Positions 35,649 through 47,600 of a DNA stretch of 64,000 bases are shown here, in pieces. A program made the translations under genes and the position numbers. Under the pieces are notes generated by a model. That model was not told the origin of the DNA, made no database searches, and saw nothing but the letters and a program-made list of their open reading frames with translations. Positions within the stretch are counted from its first letter, which is position 1; each line of letters begins with the position of its first letter. Source of the DNA: Lepidodermella squamata (Eukaryota > Animalia > Gastrotricha); the NCBI GenBank assembly GCA_047495785.1, contig JBLDXI010000059.1, positions 248,001-312,000 on the forward strand. Reading direction: 5' to 3'.

Positions 35649-38600
35649 ATGCCGTCTATTATTCGATTTGAACCATTTTCTGGGGCGAGAGATGAAGGGC
35701 CCCTGTGTTACATGCTGCAGGTGGATGAATTCAAGTTCCTGCTTGATTGCGGCTGGGATGAATCGTTTTCAATGTCCTATCTCGATAATCTGAAGCCCTA
35801 CATTCAGGATATTGATGCTGTACTGCTGTCGTACCCGGATATGTACCATTTAGGCGCGCTGCCGTATTTGGTGGGAAAATGCGGCTTGGACTGTCCGATT
35901 TTTGCTACGATTCCCGTGCATAAAATGGGTCAAATGTTCATGTACGACTTGTATCAGGTTAGATTCTTCTTTTATTTTACCTTAAATCTACTATGCATAC
36001 TAATTATTCGGGGTAAAAAACGAGTTTCAATTGATGAATCTTTTCGTTATTTATGGTTGCGGTAGTGGAATTGAATCGCTACTTCATGAAAGTTATTTAT
36101 TATGGATAAAAAGTTCGAGTTCTTTCTTGTTACTGTCTAAAATCAATTGCGTGACGTATGAGTAATCTGTCTCAAACTGCTGAGGGCTTCCAAGAGGCTC
36201 GTTAATTGTTCCAAGTCACCACTTTTCTTGGTACCTTGCGGGCAGGAAGCTTCATCGCTATTGTCTGGACAGTCTTTCCAGCCGTCACAAATGTCTCTTT
36301 GGCGTAAGCATCGACCTGTTGTTGCACATGTCATCGTAGGGCATGCCATTTTTGCGTTTATGTCGGCTTCGCATAATGGGCGCGGATAACTTGCTTGATC
36401 AGACACGTCGTTCAAGGTTGTCCCGTCGGTCTAAAAAAGACTCGAAAATGTTATTCACCTCGATAAAAAACAAAAATTTGACGTTTCGCTTGAACAGGGC
36501 GAAGCTCAGTTGATTTTGGACTGAATACATATGCGACTAAGAAGAAATCCACTTTTCTTGAATTGAAAATAGGTGTGCCAAGTACGCACCCTAAACCTAG
36601 GGTTCCAGCACTAAATTTAAGACTCCAGCGCTAGATTTCCCTAAATATGGTTTTTCGAGTTTCTAGTCTTCACTAGAATCTCAAACTTTTTGTTATCATC
36701 CCTAACCTTCATATTCTGCATATTTCGCGCTATGAGCGGTCAGTTTGCGAATTAGGTATACTTCATTTATAGAGCTGATATCGATTCCAAGTATCGATTT
36801 TACAAATCAGTGATTTTCCGGATATCAGCCGTCTTGGAACCCAACATCGATAATTTTGGGTTCCAAGGCGCACCCCCAAGGCGCAATGTAGCTAAAATAA
36901 AATATCCTAGGTTCAGGGAGGGCATCACTATCGATCTAAAACGTTAACGCCAAAAATCGCAAAGTATCTGAAAAATGTAGTGCCAGGACGCTTAAATTTA
37001 GTGCAAATATTTTGACCCATTGAACATAAACGGTTGTCTCAATTGTCTTCAAAATTTGTCCTGAATTCCATTGGCAAAGCTTGAAAATTTAAATGACAAA
37101 ATGACCCACTTTTTGACAAAGCTCAGCCGTGCAGGTTTTAAATTTTCGAAAATATTTCCTCAATTTCCTCAAAATTTATAGGAAAATAACACCTTTGAAT
37201 CAAATTTCAAAGTGTAGCTGTAGTGAGGTGAAGTGTAGCTTCGAAAATACATTCTTTTGTCCAAAATTACCCTTTGTTACAATATCCGATAAATGAATGA
37301 AATTGCTTACGCTGTATGAGACATAATTTTCATTTCCGTTGCCGTCGCTAGGCTCACCCGGGTGCCAAACGGATTGGGGTAACGTGAGTTCTGTTCCGTC
37401 TCGCCACTTGAAAATGGAGCGATTATTTGGATCTCGTCTTAGGCCGATCCAATAATCTGCTAACCGAGACCTCATGCTCTGGATGTAAATACTTGCCGCG
37501 TTCAGTTCATCAGCGGTTTTAAACATGGCTAGCTTGAAGGCCTGGCCAAGTTTTTCAGTACAAGGGTCGACTGTTTCGCCAATTCTGTTTTGACTGCCGT
37601 GAAAGGCTAGCAGCTTACGGCCTTGAAATACGCACTGTTGACCAGTTTCATCCGACCAATCATGGCAATCATTCACCCCATCGCACATATCATAATATTT
37701 CACGATACGCCCGTTTTCGCAATGAAACTTATCACCGTCTCGCCGCGCAGGTACTCGGACCGCCGTTGTAGTTGTTGGTCTAGTGGTGGTAGTAGTGGTT
37801 GTGGTGGTGGTTGTTGTTGTTGTAGGTCTTGTTGGCTCCTCGCACGCTTGCAGCCTTCCATAAGGCAGCAAGAAGTTGCGGCAATATCGATCCAATGCCA
37901 ACCTCAGGCCGTATTGCCTTTGCTCAATGTAATGGTCGTACGGAAAGTTTCTGGCTTTCAGAAGTCGGACAATTGGTTGCAGGTAAACGCTAACCGGAAC
38001 CGGGTTGTCGAAGGCCAGTTGCGACCACGTGACCGGGTTCAGGTCTGGGGGAGGCCTTGAACCGATCGAATAAATTCTTCGGGATCTAGCCACTTGAATG
38101 TTGTTCGTTTCTGTCAATGTATGACTATCATCTCTAGTCGAGTTATTGGAATAAGTTCCGCCCAAAATGCTACCACCTCCATTGTGCATACCATTATTAC
38201 TCGATTCGACGATGCCCCCAACACTTTTTTGGATAGCGAGGCTGTCGCCGAACAACGCCCCCATCGCCACTGTTGTTGTTACATGGGTGCCGTAATCGGC
38301 GATAAAATCGCCATACTGGCTCTCATTTCCGTAGATCGAATTGATCGGTAGTCGCGACACTGCTCTGCGAAAAGCTGGCGTCAGCTCTGCATCGTTGAAG
38401 TCGAGCCGAGCCGTATAAACGGTGATCGAGCTGACCGTTTCACTGATTTGACGGTGTTCTAAATTCGTGACTTCCTTAACCCGGTTATAATCACTGCTGC
38501 CGACAAATGCTAGAGTGTGGCTCTCGCTATTCGTGCCGCCGTTTGACAAGTAGCCACTGCCGTGGATGTATTTGCTTCTCAAGGATTCGACGTAATCTTT

Positions 38601-41600
38601 AGCGTTTGACACGATTTCAACATTGGTTTGAATGCTGACTGCATCGCCGAGTTGAACGTGCACATATTCAGGCATTTGATAACGCTCATCTTCTGTCAAA
38701 TCGCCGCAGTAGCGATTCAAGTCAAAGACGGGCAGTTTCATGAGGAAACCCGGGTCCATGGACGCCGAGGTGGGGCGAGGATTCGCGAATACAATGTCGT
38801 AGCCCGATCCGAGACGGCCGATGTTAGGCATCCTGGGTTTAACGCCTCGCAGTGCGGCTGTTGCGGCTGCACATTGCTTATCGATGGCCGCTTTTTGCGC
38901 CTGTAATTGCTCGAAATAGCTGATAGTCGTATGCTGAGGGGCTGTGACTGGAAGCTGTCTTAAGGTCTGTTGTGGTGAAAAAGTGGTGGCTGGATATCGA
39001 ATTGTTGCAGCAGGTTGATTTGGTACACTGTTGCTTACTGTCAACAGAGAAAAAAGAGACCCGAAAAAATCCATTTGTTAGAATGTCGAGTTCCCCGTGT
39101 TTCTCATTTTATAACGCTAGGCATGGTATAGAACATTTGTTTTTTGTTTAAAATGAATAATCATATGATGTTACTTGCTGCTGTTATTGCGTCATCTCAG
39201 CTGGCCCAATAACGACCCGATTGACATTTGTTTCTCATTCACGGCAAAAAATATCTAATTAACATTTCAACAACGTTTAGATCTCGTTAGGTGTTTTTAA
39301 TCTATGCTAAATTTTTTGCAAGGGCCAAGCATTTTACCGCATCTAATCTACGCTTGTTGGAGATAAAATTCGAATATGGAGTGACTCCTTTTGCCAAGAA
39401 AAATGCTGAGTACCGTGTTTGGTTGACCGGGGATACCTTGACCGGAAACGTCGTCGAAGATTTTACATCAAACATTGATTTCCCCTAATTCTAAAGCAGA
39501 AACTTCAGCCTCAATTTTTAGAATTTGAAAAGCCGTCCTCCTTTCACATGGCTTGAAATTATTAATCGATAATATAATAATTAGTATAATATAAAATTAG
39601 TATGTAAGCTTGACAGCTACCGGCTAGCTTCGAAGTAATGTTTTTCGGCCAAGTTACCCCGCGCCACGGTGTTAACTAATAATTGTGTTGTGTATAAAAT
39701 GAAAGTAAATTTTTTGATTGGGTTGTCACATTATAGGCGAAAATGTTCCTTATAGGCCAAACCTTATTTCTCCGAAATGTTACAACAACGGATCTTTTAC
39801 AACACGTTCAACTCCAATCGTATTTAACCATTAATCGTAAAATCACGCCTCACTGTAAAAACTGCGAACTCTATAAAATTGAATTTCAGCCGGGGGCCAC
39901 GGCTGGCAAACCAAGCGTGGCAGCAAGTCTTGTTACGCAAGAGACCGATTATGACAGATTAGGAGCCGGTACCGAATGGTACCGGTTCCTAATCTGTCAT
40001 AATCTGTCGGCAAACAAGACTTGCTGCCACGCTCACAATAGGCATTGGGGTCGAATTTTTTCGACGGATTATCGAAGTCGAGACCTGAACCGAGGTCCCT
40101 GTCCAAAAAAATCAGACCGGGACCCATCAGGTGAGTAGATATGGGGCCTCAAAAAAAAGTAAGCGAAATTATGACACATTATGGCACATTACCCTAGTTG
40201 ATTAATTCAGTGTTTTCCCGATCAGACGATGACTGACTAACGATCCCTACTTGGTTTTTTTCAACTAAGCTCAGTCGTCATTGTGCTAGGGGTATTTCAT
40301 TTGCTCACTGAAAAAGGATTAAGAATTATTTTGCGACGAAATGCGATTTTTATTCTAAAAAATAACGCGAAACAGCCATATTAAAGGCGCTGAGTTTTTT
40401 CAAAAGAGAATTGTTTGTTCAACGGAGCAATTAGAAAGATTGTCATAAGTCGCACAGCGCTTCCAGGCGTTGTTGACGGCGTTACAAACGCCGCGAATCT
40501 TCATTATCACTTTCTTTCCCAACTTGAGCCAGCAGAGGGTCTTCGGCAATGATTTCTTCGAAAGCATTATCTTCGTATATCAGGCCGAAATTGTGGAGAA
40601 CACGCATAGCTTTTACAAATCGAACACTTCGCCTGATCGAAATTCGAAAGGCTAAACGATATAGCCGGCGCCATTTTTGTTTCACGAGGCCGAAAGCTTG
40701 CTCAATGACGATTCGAGCAGCGGAGTGCAGGTAATCCAACTGATTAGGGGGATGTTGCTGTGGTGTCGAGTTAGGTCGATTTAGGTACGCAGAATTGCCT
40801 GAAATTGTACTGAAAACAACGCCTAATTTCTGCAATCAAAGTTTCAACGGTAGCCATAGAAAATCGGAAAAATCGGCGGTATTACTGATCCATCATGAGG
40901 GGAGCTTCTTCTTCAAATAAATGATCGCTTTTGATTACTTCTTGCTCTTGATCGCGAGAACGGGGCAGAAAACCGGCTAGAGCAGCTGTGTTTAGCAGCT
41001 CGCCGAAAAAATCATCGTCATCATCGATAATTAGTTGCAGTAAAGCGATGCGCTGTTCCGGGGTCAGAGCTTCCATTTATCACTAAAGTAGAATTGAAAG
41101 ATGGAAAATTAAGTGGAAAATATTAAATCATCTGAAAATATCGAAATGAGCACGTCTTTGCATTTTATTGCCATCGAAAATTTCCGTTATCCACCTTAAC
41201 AATTGAAATCATCACTCATTTGTCAACTCCGAACATTTTCGCTAAGAATGACAATTTTTCTTTGTGCTGCTGCTTCCGATCTTCTCGTGTCATTAGGCGA
41301 CTTCGTATCCGAGTGAACTTTCTTGGAATGGGCGCTGCCACTTTTCGGCGTTGAAGTCAGATTTCAGCCTATTTTTGCTGAAACCATTTCGTCCAAGGCC
41401 AATCCATCGTTTTCGTCGCTTTCGCCTCGAAGGTGATGGAGGAGTTGGAGCTACCAGTGCATTCCTGGTAATCGGGGTCATCAAATCGCCGATCGGCAAA
41501 AATGGCGTCCCACATCGACATGAAACGAACTGTTTTTCTCGTCATGCCACTCTTTGTTGTTGTCCTTATTCTCTTCATTTCGGCCGGTAATTTCTCGAAT

Positions 41601-44600
41601 CCTTCCTTTAATCGCCTAGCACATCGATTCCAGATAATAGATCGCTGTACAGTGCGAGAATTCACCATTTCTTCTAGATTATCCATGTACCACAGAATCA
41701 CGGCGAGCTGAGCATCGGCGTTGAACTTAACGGCCGCCGTAGTCGATAAGGTCGAATCAGAAGCTTTCGGTTCAGCTTCAGAAATAAATCGAGACGTTGC
41801 GCTCGAAGCAGTAGTCGATTTCACTTCATAGTTCGCAGTTTTCGCAAGTGAGGACGCCGATGATTTTTCAGGAATATAACATGGAATATAAAGCAAATTC
41901 GAATTATTGAGCAATGCCGATTAAAACTGCAATTCTCAGTGTAAAAGATGGAAATTTGGGTTAAAACACCACTCATAATTGAAACCTGAACTGTGTGATT
42001 TCTTTCTTTCTTTCGCTGAAAAAAATTTCAGCACGATTTCCGGTTGCAGATCCGGAAATGGCGGCAAGTCACCGTCATCGATTGAGTTACCCATCGTTTC
42101 TTCAGCCGTAGGAAACGCGAAGCTCGAACGCGGGAAAAATTGAGGCAAATTGCTGGTTATTACAACAGCTGCCGCCGAGGTTGCGGGTGCCACAAACATT
42201 GAAGTTGACGGCGGCAATGGATACAGTCCAGGCGGATGCAAGGCCCCAAGTTACCTTCTCCCGAAGGAGGTATGGTGTTCATTAGACTCGGGACCTACAC
42301 AGGAAAAGGATTTGAGATTTCAGATGCTTTTCTCGCAAAGTCAGTTACCGAAAATGTCGATGGGAAATGACTCATCATCCGACCGTTTCAGCGAAAAAAT
42401 GTCGATAATCTAGCAATCAATTATTCGCATTTCACTTCTACTTATGGTAACGCCGGCAAGCTTCAGGAGGCGTGGGTGCCATCATCTGGTGTTAACTAGC
42501 GTAAACAAGTCTTTTTCATTTATATTTCATTTTACACGCTCGAAAAAATTGAAAATTAAATTTCACAATTGACGATTTAGTGTAAGTGGCTAGCTGTCAT
42601 GTGTCCGAATGAAAAACAACCGTATGCGGTGACATGTACCCGAAAGCACTTGCCCGAATGTACTAACACCCGAAAGCTAATTCCCGAAAGTCAAACACCC
42701 GAATATTTTTTTAGTTACGTAATCAAGGAAACTGGGTGGAAATTATCATTTGAAGCATCAGAGGCGGTTTTTAAATGGTTTATCAATGATTGCGAGTATA
42801 CTGTATAACCCAAAGCACAACTTGAGACTCAAAAGAAATAGAAATTGAGAGAATGAAATTGAAAACTCGACGAAAGTGACTAGAATACTCATTATTTTAT
42901 TGAAAGGCGATTTGTTGTTTTAAAAATCAGTCGCACGACTGCGATTTAAAAATTTAGAATGGCGATTTGAATAATTTTTAACAAGTATAAAATTGATTGC
43001 GATTATTCAATGGTCATCGTTAAGAGGCACCATGTGTGCTAAATACCTAAGGTACTGAAGTGGTGGCAGATTGTTTATGCTTGCCATGATGTTCATGATA
43101 CGACGATTCAAGTCGCGGTACCGCTGAGTTCCTACCGGTCGCCCGTTGCCGCCCAGTGCAGCCGCGATTTCGACGATTGCCCAATTGTGGCACTTCTTCA
43201 ATTTCACAAAAAACTTGTTGAAGGTTGGATGGTGAGTGTTAACAAGTTTGTTAAAAGCGCCATTCCAGGCTTCAGTGTCGTTGGTCGTGCGTGTTGAGCG
43301 GTTATGCCAATCCCATTTGGCAAGCGGCGTTGCGACCATCCACTGATTGGCAAAGTACCCAGCACCGAACCACACAACGGATTGGTAGCCCTGGGCCTGG
43401 AAATAGGCCATGGCGAGATTGTAGTACTGAACCTTCCGATCGGCAGGCACCAACCCCAACGCCACCAGCATCCGAAAAGCCAAACGACGATCTGCGTTTT
43501 CGCGGTATTCAACAACCAAGCCATTGGCCTGAATATTGGCCACACCGCCTAGAAAAGAAGAGTAGCGAAAATTAGAGCAATTTTTCAAGGCAAACCTGGC
43601 AAAAATGGAAATAACAACCGATGTGGGCCATATTGCCAGCAAAGAAGTTGGTAACGGCAGCAGCGAAGCCGGCTTCGAAGTCTGACAAAATGAGGCGCAG
43701 CCGGACGACAACATGGAGCTGTTGAAAACGTTGGAACAAGATGTAAAGTAGTCTTTGATAGGTTGGTTCGGCTTTGTTCGGTAGCAGGGCGTAATGCAGA
43801 GGAAACTGAATTCCCATGAGAAAGGCATGGATAGTATATACCTGGCAAAACCAAGGTACGAAAAGCATTAGGAAACGGAATTTTAAAAAAATTATTATAA
43901 TTTAACTTACTTGCGCAAACATAGATGGGCAGCTGCGAAAAGTGCCATCACAATACCATTCCTCACTGCTAGCCAATTGAGCAAGGCCGCGAATAGAGCC
44001 AAACACGATAATCCGGTTTTCATCGCCAGCACCGGTGTCCGCTAAAACAATCGACTGTTGGTTGACATCGTTGACATCTTACTGAGCCAGGTCAATCTCG
44101 TGGCGTTGCTGCGGATTTCGAGGCTCGGCTTCATGGCGCGCTCGATACATGGCTGAAAGTTGAAACAAAGCGTAATTGTATATCATGGGATGGCAATCTT
44201 ACTTCTGTAGATGCGATTGAAGTTGGGAAGACGCGCTGCGGTTTCTTCCCGCTCAATAGCCGTCGCTGCTGCCGCGACAACGTTGGCACTTGCATCGTTA
44301 AACAATGTTTGAACTGGGGCTTCCAAGACTTCTCGAGCCGCATTCACCGGGTCTGCGACAAATTGCAGCGATTGGAGATCGGGCTTTGCATGGTTGTGGT
44401 TGCTGTGGCGCGGATCTTCGCTCAAATGAAGCTGATCGATCCCGTGAATGTATTTCGCGGTAGCCGGGCAACCACTGCTTGCATTTCTCTGGCAAACGAG
44501 ATAAGTTACCCGCTGATTGTCAGCATTCACCCAGTGCCTGTCGGTGCCGTAAAGCCAACCATCAACTTCGAACGCGAATTTGTTCCGCTGAACTTGAACC

Positions 44601-47600
44601 CTTCGGTACGGCCTGATGACGCCAAAAGCAACAATAGCTATCACTAACAGCAACAAAATCGTGAATAAAATTGAGTGCTCGCGGAATAAAATATCAAAGA
44701 GCATTTTAGCGATTAAAATTTGAAATTTGAGCTGGAAATGTTAGTGAAGGGACTGGTTTATTGGGGCTTAAATGGGATCTTGAAACGGTATTACTCACTT
44801 GCAGCAGCGTGATCCAAGCATAACAGAATGCGTAATATCTGCGATCGATTCAACATTTCACAGATTTTCTGTTTTATTTTAAATTTTAGATTGATTTTTT
44901 TCACAAACATTTTCTTCATGTTATCACTTGTGAAAGATCCGGATATTTTATTCGCCTGAATCATTTTTCATATTTTTGATGTTAATTTACTATCAGTTTC
45001 GGTGATTACGTAACTAAAATAATTTTCGGGTGTTTGACATTCGGGTGTTTGTCATTAGGGAATTCGCGTTCGGGTGTTTGTCCTTTCGGGTATTAGCGTT
45101 CGGCAACGTGGCTTTCGGGTGATTGACATTCGGTCATCTGCCTTCGGGTACCTGACAATACACCGTGTAAGTTCGTACCCGCAAATTCATAACGTGGTTA
45201 TTTCGTAGCAATACAAATTCATATCATCCCTAAATTCGTGTTTGTGACCATTTCATACCAAAGTAGTGACCATTTCGTATCAAGTCTGCACGCGTAATAA
45301 ACTAATCAAAAGTGGTGCCATTTTCGTACCAAATCACGGAATAAGCTTGTTTACACCAATAAAATGGTGATCGAATGCACTGCAATGACACAGAAGTTGC
45401 TAGCAAAATCGCCGTGAAGCCATTTCTTCGGATTTATTCAGTGAAAATGCTTTGCAATATTTGCAACAAGACTTGCAAAAATCAAGTCGGCCTGAACATC
45501 CATACGGCCAGAATGTATGGCAAGGCCGCTGCTGAGCCGTCTAGCGTGGAAAGTTCCAGCGTATCATCGTCGTTGCCGAGCATGACCTACCTGGAAACCT
45601 CGATAAATGACGCTACTCCACGAGAGTCTTCGACTCCGAAACCAGCCACGACAGGCTCTTGGCAAAACCTGTCTTCTAATCCGCCTCAGGCCTTCGCAAC
45701 GCCTCAGCCCTATGCGACTCCTCGAGCAATAGCCGCGCCCCAGGCTGGGGTCTTTCCTCTGGGATTCGCACCTGATCCGAGTTGGTCATTCCAACAATGG
45801 CAGCAGCACCAGTGGAAACAATTTCAACACTGGCAGCAATTACAACAAGAAAAGGCGCAGATTCAAGCCACGCCACAAGCCGTGGTTCAACCGCAGAACG
45901 TGATGGTCCAAGCTGCGCCCAGGCCAGCTTTACCCAACCCGCTGGTTATTCCATACCGCTTCTATACCTCCTCACGAAACAATAAAGCGATAGGTGCCAA
46001 AGGTTTCTGCTATTACTGGGTCGAAAATCGGCAGCATTACCGCTGCAAAGATTGCTTCGTGGTGCCTATTTTGAATGCCGACAATACCGCGGTTATCGGT
46101 GTTGCATCTCAGCACAAACACTCGCCTGACTACTATCAAGTTGAAGTCGCGATAGCAGCTTCGAAAATACGAGAACGTGTCGCTGCTGAAACTGGGCTCG
46201 GTATACCAGAAATTGCCAGAAATGCCGCTTCTTCCTAAGGATAACATCGATGATGCGTACAACATCATTAAAAAAGAGGCCCCGCCGGTCGCAAAGCTGT
46301 CTTTGCTTTTCGATTACTACGACACCTTCTGGTTCCGGCAAGGAGTGTTGGTGTGTGCACAGCCTCGATATCCGAACAAACAACTTTGCTGAGGGCGGCA
46401 ACAATCGAATCAACAAAAAAGTGCGCGTGCCTCACCCGCATGTTTGGCGATTTAGCAGTGTGATGCTGGAACTAGAAAGTGAGAATCGCGCTGTGATCGA
46501 TCAAATTGTGGCTAAAAACTACAAAACTTCGGTACCGCGGGTGTATGAAAGACTGAACAAGCGCTTCTTTGAATTTTGGGCCGACCTGGCTAAAGGTCGA
46601 ATCGGTTATATGGCGTTCTTAGACGACGCAGCCCATCAGCTCTCCGAACTCAAAGAAAAGAAACCGGTGGTTGATCGCATAGGGCTTGATGAGGAAGAAG
46701 GTTCTGAAGATCTTGATGTTATCATTGAAGAAGGCGATAGTGACCATGAAAATGATGTTGATGTTGAAGAGTATTGATGATGCGATCGCGTCAATAAAGC
46801 CTGTTACGAAATGGCCACTACTTTGTTTTGAATTGGTACGTAAAAATCAAATTATAATTTTAGTATGAATAATCCACTTAAATTGTTACGAAAATATCAC
46901 CACTTTGTTACGAAATGACAGCGGTACGAAATTGCGGGTACGAACTTACACTTTGGCAATTGACAATGATTTTCCAGTGGCCGGATGAAAGAGACCCCTA
47001 GACTCAAAAATTGAGTCAATGTGAGCTCGATTATACTTTAAAAATTGATGATTAGATTGCGGGAAATTTTCATAGCTCGATGGAATACGACCGCCGTTTG
47101 ATCTTGCATCTAGTGTACGGTTGTACGGTTGGCAGGTATAGACGCCGAGGCGGTGATTTCTCCTTGACGATAGTGCTCTTTTGCTCCCAACCTGACTGAC
47201 ACAGAGTACCCTGCGTGTAGGTCAAACAGTCAAAAGCTTGACTTATGTTCATAATCACCGCGTATTCTCTACCTCGCGTGCCTCGCATCACATTTTTACT
47301 GCATTTTTTCTCTTATTCGAATCGACGGAAGCAACCCAGATTTGACCCCAAGCCAGGAAGAATCCGAAACTTTTTCGAAGCAATTGTTGAACCTTGTGTT
47401 GAAACTGGTAGCATTCTTTGTATAACCGATCAGATGCTTCAGGTGTAATGGCGAAGGGAACCGAATCTAAGACCTAATAATGATCAGTTTCGACGTCAGA
47501 TCGACGTCATCTGTTTCGAGAGAAATGTCTGTTCAGCCTGTACCACTGAGTACTTGGAAGAAGTCTTCGTAAACGTCCTCATTAGGACTCGCCCTAAGCT

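Noticed and set aside
33775-38906. Many 60-150 aa ORFs overlapping PLAA and the MACPF gene
   Set aside because: Shadow frames of real coding sequence with no independent motifs.
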